Positions 38,774 through 51,889 of a stretch of 64,000 nt of DNA are shown here, in pieces. Below the pieces are notes generated by a model. The model saw nothing but the letters and a program-made list of their open reading frames with translations, did no database searches and had not been told where the DNA came from. The DNA is from Narcine bancroftii. Its lineage: Eukaryota. Position 1 is the first letter of the stretch. Each line of letters begins with the position of its first letter. The translations under genes were made by a program, and so were the position numbers. The DNA is taken from contig NC_091474.1 in NCBI RefSeq assembly GCF_036971445.1, forward strand, positions 151,404,001 through 151,468,000. Direction: 5' to 3'.

Positions 38774-40565
38774 GTTTTTTAAATTTTTTTTTAAATTTTT
38801 TCACACTATGAACCATATTGACCAAAATACACACAAACATTTCCCTCTTGAATATACACAGTGTCATTTTCTCCCCTTCCCCCCCCCCCCACTCACTCAA
38901 CGTTCAACATATACAATACATCAAATCCATTAAACAATGTCATCACACAATGAAAATAAACAAGAAATTTGTGTCTTCTACTTTTACATACTGGGTCAGT
39001 TCATTTTGTCTTCTTCTCCTTCTGTCATTTTAGGAGGTGGAGGTCCGTGGTAGAACTTCTCTATTGTGTTCCATGTACGGTTCCAAAATTTGTTCAAATA
39101 CTGTGATGTTATTTCTTAAATTATATATTATTTTTTCCAATGGAATACATTTATTCATTTCTATGTACCATTGCTGTATTCTCAGGCTATCTTCTAATTT
39201 CCAGGTTGACATAATACATTTTTTTGCTACAGCTAGGGCTATCATAATAAATCTTTTTTGTGCTCCATCCAAATCGAGTCCAAGTTATATTACTTAGAAG
39301 AAAGATCTCTGGATTTTTTGGTATGTTGCTTTTTGTGATTTTATTTAATACCTAGTTTAGATCTTCCCAAAACTTTTCCACTTTCTCACATGCCCAAATT
39401 GCATGTACTGTTGTTCCCGTTTCCTTCTTACAACGAAAACATCTGTCTGATACTGTTGGGTCCCATTCATTTAACTTTTGGGGCATGGTGTATAGCCTGT
39501 GTAACCAATTATATTGTATCATGCGTAACCTTGTGTTTATTGTATTGCTCATAGTTCCAGAGCATAGCTTTTCCCGTATTTCATTTTTTATCTTTATGTT
39601 TAGATCTTGTTCCCATTTTTGTTTGGGTTTACAGCTTGTTTCCTCGATCTCTTTCTCTTGCAGTTTGATGTACATGTTTGTTATAAATCTTTTAATTATC
39701 ATTGTGTCTGTAATCACATATTCAAAATTGCTTCCTTCTGGTAACATCAGTCTGCTTCCCAATTTGTCCTTCAAGTAGGTTTTCAGTTGGTGGAACGCAG
39801 ACATTGTACCATGAGTTATACCATATTTGCCCTTCATTTGTTCAAAAGATAATAATTTATTTCCCGAAAAACAATTTTCTATTCTTTTGATCCCTTTTCT
39901 CTCCTATTCTCTAAAGGAAAGGTTATCTATTGTGAAAGGGATTAGTTGATTTTGCGTCAATATTAATTTTGGTAGATGATAATTTGTTTTATTCCTTTCT
40001 ACGTGAATCTTCATCCAAATGTTGAGCAGATGGTGCAGTACTGGTGAATTCCTATGTTGCACCAACTTTTCATCCTACTTATGTAGTATATGTTCAGGTA
40101 CCTTCTCCCCTATTTTATCTAGCTCTAATCTGGTCCAATCTGGTTTTTCCCTTGTTTGATAAAAATCTGATAGGTATCTTAATTGTGCTGCTCTATATTA
40201 ATTCTAAAAGTTTGGTAGCTGTAAGCCCCCTTGTTTGTACCATTCTGTTAATTTATCTAGCGCTATCCTCAGTTTCCCCCCTTTCCATAAGAATTTCCTT
40301 ATTATTTTCTTTAGCTCCTTGAAGAATTTCTCTGTTAGGTGAATTGGTAATGATTGAAATAGGTATTGTATCCTTGGGAAGATATTAATTTTAATGCAAT
40401 TTACCCTTCCTATCAGTGTTAGTGATAAGTCTTTCCAGTGTTCTAAGTCGTCTTGTAATTTCTTCATTAATGGCTGATAATTTAATTTGTATAGATGGCC
40501 TAGTTTATTATCTAGTTGTATACCTAAGTATCGAATTGCTTGTGTTTGCCATCTAAATGGTGATT
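38774..40565 (-). mobile_element. 5'-truncated L1-clade LINE inserted in the pol gene of Gypsy A
   Basis: ORF2 fragments (YLGI, GRVNCIKINIFPR, CFRC..HAIWAC) and an A-rich tail at ~38775-38810. 9-bp TSD AGAAGCCAC at 38765-38773 and 40566-40574. Gypsy pol resumes in register after the insertion. Confidence 0.93.
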
Positions 40566-43500
40566 AGAAGCCACATTGTGAAGCCAACTATGCATGTGAT
40601 GGACGAGAATGTACCTTTCCAGGTGGAAAGTGATGCTTCAGATGTAGCCCTGGCTGCAACCCTTAATTAGGCAGGTAGGCCAGTTGTATTTTTTTCCCCA
40701 GGACCCTACAAGTTCACGAACTTAGGAACCCATCAGTGGAGAAAGAGGCTCAAGCCATTGTGGAGGCCATGAGGCACTGGAGGAACTACCTGGTGCATGG
40801 AAAATTCACACTCCTCACAGACCAGCGATTGGTAGCATTCATGTTCAATAATACAAAACAGGTAAAAATTAAAAATGATAAAATCGCTCAGTGGAAGATC
40901 AAACAGCTATGATATATTCTACTGACCTGGTTCCCTCAATAAGCCTCCAGATGCCCTGTCCAGAGGAAGATGTGCCTTTGCACACACCGGCCAGTGGTGG
41001 TCACTGCACAATGAGTTCTGCCACCCAGGCCTCTTGCGAATGGCTCACTTTGTCACAGAACGCAATTTACCTTACTCAATTGATCTTAGCAGAAAAATGA
41101 CCAGGTCTTGCCAGGTCTGTGCTGAGTGCAAGCCGCACTTCTACTGCCCCAGCAAAGCACACCTCATAAAGGCATCCTTCGATCAACTCATTGTTGATTT
41201 CAAGGCACACCTCCCTTCCATGAATGGGAATGTGTACTTCCTCACAGTCATCGATGAGTACTCTCATTTCCCATTCGCCGTTACCTGCCCGGAAACGTCC
41301 ACGCCATCTGTCATTAGGGCCCAAGACTCCATTTTCTCCCTGTTTGGGTATCCCAGCTATATCCATAGTGACTGGGGCTCTATGAGCGAGGAGCTGCATC
41401 AGTTTCTGCTGGTAAGGGTTATTGCATCCAGCAGGACAAGCTACAACCCCCGGGGGAACAGACAGGTTGAAAAGGAGAATGCTATGGTTTGGACGGCTGT
41501 AAAATTGGCCCTCCAGTCCAGGCTCACACTGGCAGGATGTCCTACCCATGGCACTCCACTCCATTAGGTCGCTACTCTGCACTGCAATTTCTCATGAGCT
41601 GATCTTTTCTTTCAAGAGAAAGTCAACGTCAGGGACACCCTCCCGATTTGGCTTACAGCACCAGGACCAGTGCAGCTTCGAAAGTACGTGAGGAGGAGCA
41701 AAACTCATCCCCTGGTCGAGGGAGTGCACCTACTCCATGGCAACCCCATATATGCCTACATGGCATACCCAGATGGCAGCGAGGACACTGTCTCAATCAG
41801 ACCTGGCACTTGCCATAACTGAGGGTCCATCACCTCAAGGGAGCCAGGACCTACCTAGGGTCAGGAAACACCAAGGGGCTCAGGTGAGATGATTCAGGAA
41901 GTGGTTCCAGCCAACCCTCAATCAGAGCTGAACCACCCATGTCCTGAGGACATGGAACCACAGGTGGATCAGGAGGTCCAGAGCCCACCCGCACTATGGC
42001 ACTCTGCCCACATCTCTAGGCTTCCTAACAGGTTGAACTTGTAAATATTGTAATTTTTTTTTCTATGGCTATACTATGTTCTCTCTTTCACCTGCAGGCA
42101 TCATTCTAAGGGGAGGGGTGAGTGTAGTGAACTGGGAATTCACTACTGATGTGATGTCCTAAGGACTGGCTCCTCCCCGCATATCCCGATATAAACCCTG
42201 GATCCCCGCCAAAACCCCAGTTCAGTCCAAAGACTATTGTGTGTTATTCTTACTGATTAAATGTGTGTTGTATTCTCTCTGGTCTTGAGTGCTCTCAGTC
42301 GTGCTTGTGGCATTAATTTTCTTATTTTTTATCTTTGTACAAAGGATTAAACATTGGAAGACATTATTGCCAATGTTGAGATACTGGTATTACAGCCACC
42401 AACATTTTACATGCAATATTTTTTATTTAATTTTAATAGTGCTGCCAAGTTACTTTACACAACAAGCATTTCATACTTGTATTGACATCCATTTTAAAAA
42501 TTGTTTCTTCATTATGCTTCTGAACTCAAGTGTGATACAGATAGTGATGGATCATAGACTGGATATTTCAGCAAAATTAAAAGTTGTTATGTTGGGAGGA
42601 TTTTCTTCCTTTATAATTTACTCCACATACTAGCTTTCTGCAATGCAGTTCCTCAGAAAAGTTGCAGGAGATCCTCCATAAAGGAAGTTTTAGAGCGAAC
42701 TACTCAAACCTGGACCTCCTGACTATAATAAAGTAACTTTAAAATACTCTGCTTATTGGTAGGCTTAGATACAAATTCTGCCCAAGGGAAAAAAAAGATT
42801 GGACTAGTGCCATTTAGTTAAAATATTTTATCTTGCCTCCATGTTCCTTTGATGTTATTTTGGGAATTCATGATATATTTAAATTGCCAGGTGAAATTAC
42901 CAAGCAGGCACAACTTTGGACAAAAACCGCACTCCCTTATGTTGCCTACTGCAAACCAGCAAATCATGAAATTTAGTCAATCTACAGAAAGATCACAGGA
43001 AAAAGATCACTGCAACTTCCCTGTCATTTAACAAGTGACTGAAAACTGCTACTTGGGTATCTTATCAGCTGCACAGACTATTAGTCATGTCCCACTCCAA
43101 AAATTATGTCAATGTAGGGAAAGATGTGTGTGTATTGGGGGAAGGGTGGTGGCTTTGTTGAGGTTAATCTTTCCCTTGTTGAGCTGTCCTCACCCAATGA
43201 CTTCTTCTTCATTCAATAAAGCCGGGATCTTTTCTGTTCTCACATTTGCCTCTAATACATTCAGCTTTGTTTACGTTAGCTTCAATGTTAATATAGAAAA
43301 TTTGAAAGAAAATTAAATTTAAAACTCCATCTTACACAACATTATTAGCAAAATTCAACGTTTTTAATCATATGATAGTAAATTGGTGGTTCTGAAAACT
43401 CTTGCATTAATACTGATAAATAATGATGGGGATAATTTGACTGATTTTAATTGAAATTCTTTGACTTAAGTATCAATGGAAAAAATTGACTTACGGAATT

Positions 43501-44564
43501 CTGAGGGTCACAACAGCCCTCAACATTTTCTTCTTGTCAGGTAACTTGACGGACAAATAAAAGCTCGGGAGAACTGCTAGCATAGAAGCTTTTGGTCTAT
43601 TATGGTAACATGTCAAGGATAATTGAACAGTCAAAAGAGTTGAAAGTAAAAGGTTAATTTGTCCACAGTATGGTATAAAAATAGCAAATAACTACAATTT
43701 AACAGTAACACTGATTAAAACTTGATATGAATGGGGGTAACGGTTAGTTATTAACAAAACAACTTCCTTTTATAAAAAATGATTGACTAATTAAAGATTA
43801 AAAATAAGCAACAATGGTGTCGACTTGTGACATAATAATTTAGGCAATTTAGAATAATCACAGAGGAATAAAACAACAGCTACAGACTATCAAATCCAAT
43901 GCTTAGTTGGCAAGTCAAGAGGGCAACACAATGGATTTAACTAAATCTTTGATTAATAGAATGCCTCCTTGAAATTTTCACTCATCTCCACAGATGCTCT
44001 AGGCCTGATGATGACCTGCTATAAGATCACGACCAAGCCTGCTCTTTGGGGTGCTGCCAAAAGGCCTGCAGCAGGTTGGTAATGAAGAAATAGTCCTCAT
44101 TTCTCTGTTTCCTGCAGGAACAACTCAACTCCATGTCCAAGAAGCTCCCAAAGAGACCAAATGGAGGAGGAGAATTAGGCAATATTGGAGGGGGCAGGAG
44201 GTGGAATGGAGGGGGTAGTCAGTTGTTATCACAAGGATTCCAATGAGCAAAATACCTTAAACTCAGATCATTTATCATTACTGCACTGATAATTACTGTT
44301 CTTGGAAGAAATCCAATTTATTTCTTACAAGATGCATTACAAATACATCCAGTCCCACTCCAGGTGTCGACCTGAATCTTTGACCAGCCACCTGTATCCA
44401 CAGATGCTGTCTGGGTCCCTCTGATTTTACATTAAAAAAAACACAAGGTATAGTAGGAAGATAATGGTTATGAAAATGTAGTTTGTTTTTTGACACTTTC
44501 AAAAGACTTGCATTTTGAAGAATCATTTTCAATTTAACTCCGTGTTAATGGTCACATAGAAATA

Positions 44565-44960
44565 CAGTGAAATCCTTGGTATCCAGAATTCAAGCAACTG
44601 GCCAGCCTCAAGCAACTGACAAAAAAAAATGGAGGAAAATAAATTAAAAAAAAAGAACAATAAAATAATCTGTAAAAATATGCAAATTTAAAATGGTAAA
44701 GGTAAATGATCTCTGAAGTAATTGGTGAAGATGGGAGCAAATATTCAGCCAGTGGAGTGCCTTGGCTGCACTTTTCTGTTTGAATAAAATGCTGTGAAAC
44801 ACCAATGGAAATGGCCACGGTGAAGACCTGGATGATGCCACTCACCGTTGGAGTGACTCTCTGCTTAGTAAGAGTTGACCCGGTCAGAGCCTTTAACTAT
44901 AAATTCAGGGGGGTGGGGTTAATTATCTGTGGATTAGAGACTCCATACATCACACTTTCA
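44565..44960. mobile_element. Probable Tigger/pogo-like DNA transposon fragment
   Basis: TA followed by a CAGTGAAATCCTTGGTATCCAGAATTC TIR-like start. The right end was not identified. Confidence 0.4.
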
Positions 44961-46479
44961 AACAAATTGCCTTCCCTTTCTACCTTCTCAAGAAGAGGTG
45001 CAAGGTGGCTTTCTGATGGCCTGATATCAATTTTACTCAGATACCACCATAAGATGAAAGACCCACTCACTGGTTATTTAATTAGCTGTTGGCATGATGG
45101 AGAACATGGAAAATGTGCTCCACATTCAGGGGCAAGCAAACAGCAAAATGAAGTAAACTGTCATAAAACAAAAAACACACTTCTCGAGATCAAATTCTGT
45201 CAGAGGATTTTAAAGGATGAACACAAGAGCACTGTTGATACTTGCCCAAACTATAATCAAGGTTCATTTGTTGAACAATTGGTTTCTTACCGTGGGACAC
45301 AAGATCGAGCAAGCTTCTGTTGATTGACAAGTTGGGAAACACTCCCACACATATGCATGGATGAAAATCTGATCGTCTCTTCTAAAGTTGCCAGTTAGAT
45401 TTCAAATCTAACACTTTTGTGAACTGAAGATATTACAGTACACGAATCAAAGAATAGATCCACTGAGTTAGGTCATAATCACTTGGCCACCTCATTGAAT
45501 GACAGAATAAATTCAAAAGTCTAATTGGCCAATCTCTTATCCTAGATCAGTTATTCTTAATTCAAATTAGTGACTAAAATTAAACCAGCATGCTTGGGGG
45601 AAACAAAAGACATAGATAATCACCATCTGAGAGAAAGATATTGTGTGTTTATTGCAGCACAGAAGTTACACAAATTGCTTTAAATTTTGTGCAATATTAC
45701 CAAGAGGAAACACATCCTCTGGGTGGACTAAATGGAGGTTGATTATTTTTACTTGCACACTTTATTGAAAGTGACAGTTGATCTTGCATTATGATCTTAT
45801 CTTATTTTAGATATCAAGGAAATAAAAGTTTATGGGGATTGGCTGAGAAAGTTGCCACGAGGATCATTCATCGTTAGAATTGCCCATTGATGATCTTAAA
45901 CAGACTCAATGGACTTTATAACTTTCCCTTGCTGCTATTATGTCTGAAATTTGCAAACACCTAATACTTACATCTGCATTTAATAAAGTTTAAAAAAAAA
46001 GTTTATTGTGGGTGTGGCATCATTTAACCTTCCAGACAATCAATAAAGTGCTTGAGAAACAAAACAATAACACTGCTACAACATTCTGAGAATAAATTTC
46101 AACAGGCTCCCCTCTTTGCTCATAAACGAAGGAGCTTGGTTCACAGTGACAGCTGCAATAGCAATTGGATTAAATCTCAAGGAAGAATCTTACTGGCTCA
46201 AAACAGTTGTAAAATACATGGCAGATGCACAGTTTCACTCAAACCATGAATCCTTCATTGTTCTGTATCACAGCCATGGTAATGGAGGAGAGGCTTATGG
46301 ACTAAAGCTTGTATAGGATTATGGTCTACTCTTCCATTTAGTTACAAATGATCATGCATTTTCCCAACCACATAATTTTAAACTCTTATGTATTTCATAA
46401 AAAATAGCAAATATTTAAATGATGTAAAATATAGCATTCTACAAAGTTCCAATAAATTGATAAATTGGGAAGTTAAACC

Positions 46480-46990
46480 AGGACAGAACATACCCATTGT
46501 TTACAGCATGGCTTTGGGGATTGTTATTAAACAGGGTCCTTGAGGTACAAGTACATCATTCCCTGACACTAGTCAGAGAAGAGTTTGGCATATTTGCCAT
46601 CATCTGCTTAAGCACTGAACGCAAGATGTCGTTAAGCTCGAAAGGGTGCATGTTGCCTGGATGGGATAATTTGAGTTACAGGGAGAGCTTAGACTAGCTG
46701 GGTCCATTTTCTCTGGAGCAAAGAAGGGAGAGAGGTGATATGTTAGAAGTGTATAAAATTATGAAAGGCACACTGTCTGTTTCTCACATTCTTAGTGTCT
46801 AAAATTAAGGGGCACAAATTAAGGGGACAACATTTAAGCAGTGAATGGACGGGTACTTGAATGAACAATGCCTAGGGGAAATATGGGTATGAATGCAGGC
46901 AAGCAGGATTAGTGTAGAATGGTATGATGGTCGGCATGGACGTGATGGGAGGAAGGGCTTGTTTCCATGTTGTAAAACTCTATGACTCCA
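46480..46990 (+). mobile_element. Decayed CR1 3' fragment
   Basis: LSYRESLD..GPFSLEQR-like region and a CR1 tail ending CTCTATGACTC. Confidence 0.65.
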
Positions 46991-47620
46991 AATCTCATAC
47001 AATGAACAACAACAATTAAAGGGATGAATTTTATAATCAAAGATGATGTTCTCTCTTGACTCTTAAAATTTGTATCAACATTGAAATGTTAAGTAAATTA
47101 ATGTCGTTTAATTTACTTTGCTTGAAGAGAGGAAACATTTTAAAAAGTATCAATGACCATGAAGCAAGCAATAAAGAGAGGGAAGGAAGACTATGAGAAA
47201 AGATTAGTGCAAAACATAAAAACAGACAGTAAAAGTTTTTATAATTATATAAAGCACAAATGGGTGGCTAAAGTGAAGATAGGTACTTTGGAAGATGAAA
47301 AGGAAGAATTGATATTTGGTAATGAAGAAATGGCTGAGGCTTTGAATGACTATTTTGTGTCAGTATTCACAGTGGAGGACACGTCAAACGTGCCAAAGAC
47401 AGATGTTATGGATATGATGGGACATGAGGACCTGGATGTAATAGCTATCACTAAAGAGGTAGTACTCAAAAAATTTGAGGATCTAATGATAGATAAATCT
47501 TCTGGCCCGAATGGAATGTATCCAAGGGTACTGCAAGAAATGGCTGAAGTTATAGTCAAGGCTTTGATAATTTACCAAAATTTTCTGGACCGGTACCGAT
47601 GGATTGGAAGATGGTGAATG

Positions 47621-48277
47621 AAACACCGGAACGTGAACTGGTACACAAAATGGCCAACAACAAGGTGACCACTGTAAGGTAAAACATCATGAGATGGGAA
47701 TGTGTAAGGAGTTACCCTGTGCAGGGCTGTAACAAGATGTGAATGCATCCTTGTACTTACAAGATAAGAGAGACATTGATGGATTGAGAGGCAGGAAGCT
47801 AGCAGGGAAAGGATAGCAACAGTTTTAGTCATTGGACAAGTAATGATATGATGATGTTCTAAGCACGTATCCAAGGGTATAAAAAAATCACCATTTTGCT
47901 GATAACGGCAGAATGCATTCTCCAACTAACATTGTTAGTTGCAAGTGTTACAATCCGGTAATAAAGAACAAAGAACCCTGATTTCGACTCAGTCTGGTGT
48001 TTGTCTCACTCATTCATGAACAAAGCAGACCTAACACCACACAGACCCCACAGGGGCCAACAGCCTTCGTCCCAGGTGACTACCCGCACGGGCGGGAAAC
48101 AGCTAGCAATGGTGGGAATGCTGCCCAGTCGGAGAGAGGCACTGTTGTGATGTCACTCCCGAGGTCAGCAGCAAGGAGTGAATATAAGCAGAGCTGCCAG
48201 TGCAAAAATCAGTTTTTGACTTAGACTCCTCGTGAGTGTATCTTTTTTCCACACTTTGCAGTAGTACACACGCTACA
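47621..48277 (+). mobile_element. 5'-truncated LTR (outer) inserted in CR1
   Basis: Ends CACGCTACA like the Gypsy A LTR and has a TATA-like AATATAAG at ~48181. Its 5' end was lost together with part of the CR1. Confidence 0.6.
47673..48036 (+). mobile_element. Solo LTR (inner), 364 bp, 4-bp TSD
   Basis: TGTAAG...CTAACA termini, TSD CCAC (47669-47672, 48037-48040), TATAAAA at ~47878 and AATAAA at ~47960. Confidence 0.88.
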
Positions 48278-49589
48278 GAGGTATCATTAAAGAAGAAATA
48301 TCAAGGCATTTGGAGCAAAATGGATCCATCGGACAGATGCAGCATGAATTTAGCAAAGGCAGGTCGTGTTTGACAAATGTACTGGAGTTTTTTGAGGCTA
48401 TAGTGAGTGCAGTAGATAAGGGAGAGCAGATAGATGTTGTTTACCTGTATTTCCAGAAGGCATTCAATAAGGCGCAGCATTAAAGACATACAAAAGATAA
48501 GGATGCATAGAAATGGGGATGATGAAGATTGGTTAACAAATAGAAAGCAGAGAGTTGGGTCCCAGGGTTGTCTTTCTGAATGACAATCAGTGGTGAGCAG
48601 TGCATCTCAGGAGCCGCAGATGTCCCCAGGACTATTCACAATATAAATGATCTGGAAGAAAGGACAGAGTGTAGCGTATCCAAGTTTGCTGATGAACTAA
48701 CTTGAGTGGAGAAGCAAATTGTGCAGAGGTTATGGAGAGTCTGTGGAGAGATATAGATAGGTGAAGTGAGTGGGTAAGGGTCTGGCAGAAGGAGCACAAT
48801 GTTAGAAAATGTGAGGTCATCCACTTTGGAAGGACAAATGGAAGATCGGCGTATTATTTAAATGGGAAGCGATTGCAGCAGGCTGCCATGCAGAAGTGGG
48901 AGTACTTGTCCATCTAGGTGCAGCAGCCTATCAAGAAATCGAATGGAGTGTTGCCATTTATTGACAGAGGGGTTGAACTTAAGAGCAGGGAGGTTCTGCT
49001 GCAACTGTACAAGGTACTGATTTTTCCCCATCTGGAGAACCACATCTAGTTCTGGTCTCCTTTCTTGAGAAGGATGTTCTGGATTTGGAGGCAGTGCAGA
49101 GGAGGTTCACACCAGGTTGATTCCAGAGATGAGGTGATTAGGAGAGAGCAAGTTGTTTGGGAGTGTACTCGCCGGAATTTTGAAGAATGAGAGGGAACTT
49201 TATAGAAACAAATACAATTGTCAAAGATGTAGATAAGATAGAGGTAGGTAAGTTTTTTCCATGGGTGGGGGAGACCAGAACTAGGGGACATAGAGTCAAC
49301 ATTCAGGATAGTAGATTTTGGATTGCTTTTCCCAGAGGTTGGTGAATCTATGGAATTCCCTGCACATTGAAGCAGTGGAGGCTACCTCAGTAAATATATT
49401 TAAGACAAGGCTGGATAGATTTTTACCTAGTGGGGGAATTTGAGATATGGGGGTAAAGGCAGGTAGGTGGAGATGAGCCAAGCATCAGATCAGATGGCCT
49501 ACTCCTGCTCCGATTTTTATATCGTTCTTGCCCCTTCCTGAATTGATTGGATACATTAAAATATTTAAATTCCAATTACATCTGGCAGA

Positions 49590-50090
49590 AAAGCACAAAA
49601 GCAGTAGATGTTGGAATCTTGAGCAAATAAAAAAATTGTTGTAGGAATGGTTGGGGGAGTTGAAATGATTGGTTACAGGAACCTAAATTTAGAACCACAA
49701 ACAGAGCATAGGTGTTGGGTGAAGCGGTTCACCCAATTTGTGTTTGGTCTCATCAACGTAGAGTAGGCTACATCAAGTACGCCAAATGCAGTAGATTCGG
49801 TTGTCAGGTTCAACAACGTGCATGTGAAGCTCAGCCTCACATGGAAATTTTGTGTCTGGCCCTGGATGGAGAAGAGGAGGGGAGATGTTTTACTCTTCCT
49901 GCAATTATTAAAGGAAGTGTCTAAGGGGGTGGAAGGATGGGTAGGGAGAGAATAGCAGATTAGGGAGCCTAGGAGAGACAACCCTGTGAAAAGCAGATAA
50001 AGGTGTAGTGGGGTCATATGTGGCTGGTGGTGAGATTGTGCTGAAGTTGGCTGAAGTGCTAGAGGACAATAACATAAGGTGGCTACACTA
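49590..50090 (-). mobile_element. Decayed Penelope-like endonuclease fragment
   Basis: Motifs FHVRLSFTC and RFTQHLCSV, with a terminal-repeat remnant at ~49590-49650. Confidence 0.6.
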
Positions 50091-50111
50091 TCAATGATTA
50101 AAAGAAATCTA

Positions 50112-51030
50112 TAAATACCTAACCTTTTATCCGGAATTCCGAAAACCGGCAATCTCCAAAAACCGGCACTTTTTCAGTAGATGACATTACACATAAGCAA
50201 CGTTAATTTCCCATAATAAATTCTCCATTTTCAGAGGGTGACTCTCCATCGTCCCCTTCCCCACCCCCGTGGGCACCCTCTCTTACCTTCGGTGGAAAGG
50301 TGACTTTTGGCCCAGAACACCCGGTGGGAGAGAAGCAGGTGGTGGCTGGCTCAATGCATAAGTAATGGCTGTCTTCCTTACCCATAATCCCCCACACACT
50401 GGCAGAGTGGTTCCAACTGCATGGGGGATAATAGGTAAAGAAGACGGCCATTGCTCCTGCACTGAGCCACCACCGTGATCTGGTGCAGCACTCTGTTAAC
50501 TCTGGGCTCGGCAGCACTGCACCCTGCAGCTGCATCGGGAGTTAGATGGGGGTGTGAGACGGATGGTGCTGCGCTGCCAGGGTATGTCCGAGGGCCGGTC
50601 TGATGAGCTGATGGAGTATCTGAAAGCCGCCAGCGCTCAGCACTACTGGTCTGCTCCTCCTGCAGCTCTGCACCTCATATACAGCCTCTGACCTGCATGG
50701 CCTCTGGCACCAAGCAGCTGACATTGGCCACCTGTTTGGCTGAGCTCCCAGGCCATGCCGTTGCCTCCGACCTCCACTTTGTCTGACCTGCTGCTCAAGA
50801 GCCTCCTGTACTGCATGCATAGAACCCCGCCCTTGTGCTCAGCCTGGCCGACGGAGCAAAACAGGCTGGCCCCGACCCTGGGGGGCTGGAGCAGCGATGG
50901 ACAGCCAAGGGCTAGGTGTGAGCCATTTGCTTAAAGGGACCCAAATCAAAATGTTTCCAAAATCCAGAAGATTCTGAACAACTGGCAGGTGTCTAGTCCT
51001 AACAATTCCAGGTAAAAGGTTAGGCACCTG
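50112..51030. mobile_element. Tigger/pogo-like non-autonomous transposon with GC-rich interior
   Basis: TIRs (TAAATA)CCTAACCTTTTATCCGGAATT / AATTCCAGGTAAAAGGTTAGGCACCTG. Confidence 0.75.
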
Positions 51031-51245
51031 CAAAACCATAAGCTTCCATTTGGTTTATGGGGCTAAATAAAATTTTGCACTTTAACATCTTAATCAAATG
51101 ATGATACAATTTTTCAGAAAAGCTTCAATAACAGTGTGTAGCATCTTGGGCATAAAAATTGGAGTGCAATGTGAAGAACCAGGGACAGAGGTCACAGAAT
51201 TACAATGAATTTCTGATGCATTATTTTGATCATTCATTTACTTAC

Positions 51246-51347
51246 CAGTAGCTGGTCACAGCAAACAGTGGTGATGGAATGGGTGAAACTCCTTGGTTGA
51301 TGCACCTCAGTGAAAAGGGTCAGTGGAGAGAAAAAAAATTACAGGAG
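51246..51347 (-). other. Candidate non-coding 5'UTR exon of CYRIA (102 nt)
   Basis: Long polypyrimidine tract and acceptor (ttttctctatttttccttag|), consensus donor CTG|gtaagt, no internal ATG, same strand as CYRIA, in unique sequence. There is no transcript evidence. Confidence 0.45.
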
Positions 51348-51889
51348 CTAAGGAAAAATAGAGAAAAAAATTGAAGCATATGAGCAATTATTCATTGGCA
51401 ATAATCCATTTAAAAATTGATGTACTGGAAGAAAAAAAAACAATTCTAGCTGCAACAGATATGTAATTATTTCACATTCAACTTGCTCTCCTGAAGGTTT
51501 TGAGGACAGGCTGTGGTACCAGACTTGACTCCCAGAGGTCAGTATAGATTTGTATATCTGTACTTCGTTCACCAACTTTGATAGCTTTCTGCAGGATTTT
51601 TTTTACTGCTAAAAACTGTCAATTGACATGGTGAGAATTTTATGACGCCTACTTTTGTAAACAAGCAGATCAATAACTTTTAATGAAACACAATGTGCTT
51701 TTGCATCTTTACAGCCTCAAAAAACCCTGAAGCCACCGTTCAGAATCATTTTGTACACAGATACAAAAGAGATTTTGAAAACATGCCCACAATTGGCAAA
51801 GTGAACTGCAATTTAATTCATCAATCGGTTTTGAAAAGTCAAATTAATATTTGAGTGTGATTTGAATGGGGTTTCAAATTGGTCACTGG

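Larger units (their letters stand above)
36287..42305 (+). mobile_element. Gypsy/Ty3 LTR retrotransposon A, decayed, near full length (gag-PR-RT-RH-IN)
   Basis: LTRs 36287-36484 and 42123-~42305 (about 93% similar by eye). PPT AAGGGGAGGGGTGAG before the 3' LTR. Gag knuckle CSICGKKGHRVRVC, protease FLIDPGS, RT LDAYPLPRI..STIDLK, RNase H ESDASD..EKEAQAIV, integrase VIDEYS..IHSD..VEKEN. Possible TSD GTGAC/GTGGC. Confidence 0.95.
47130..49530 (+). mobile_element. CR1 LINE fragment interrupted by two nested LTRs
   Basis: Motifs NIKTDSKSFY and DKSSGPNGMYPRVLQE. It resumes at 48278 with IIKEEI..GRSCLTNVLEFFE, SKFAD and a tail GGCCTACTCCTGCTCC. Confidence 0.88.

Noticed and set aside
41034-41567. 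177-aa integrase ORF as a domesticated gene
   Set aside because: It is part of decayed Gypsy A, with frameshifts and stops on both sides.
44805-45323. 172-aa plus-strand ORF
   Set aside because: No recognisable domain, begins inside a probable transposon remnant, and lies antisense to CYRIA. Likely a chance ORF.
45291-45381. Possible minus-strand exon (donor ACG|gtaaga)
   Set aside because: The acceptor has a weak polypyrimidine tract, so support is insufficient without transcripts.
50203-51039. GC-rich stretch resembling a CpG-island promoter or coding exons
   Set aside because: It lies within the TIRs of a Tigger-like element (50112-51030).
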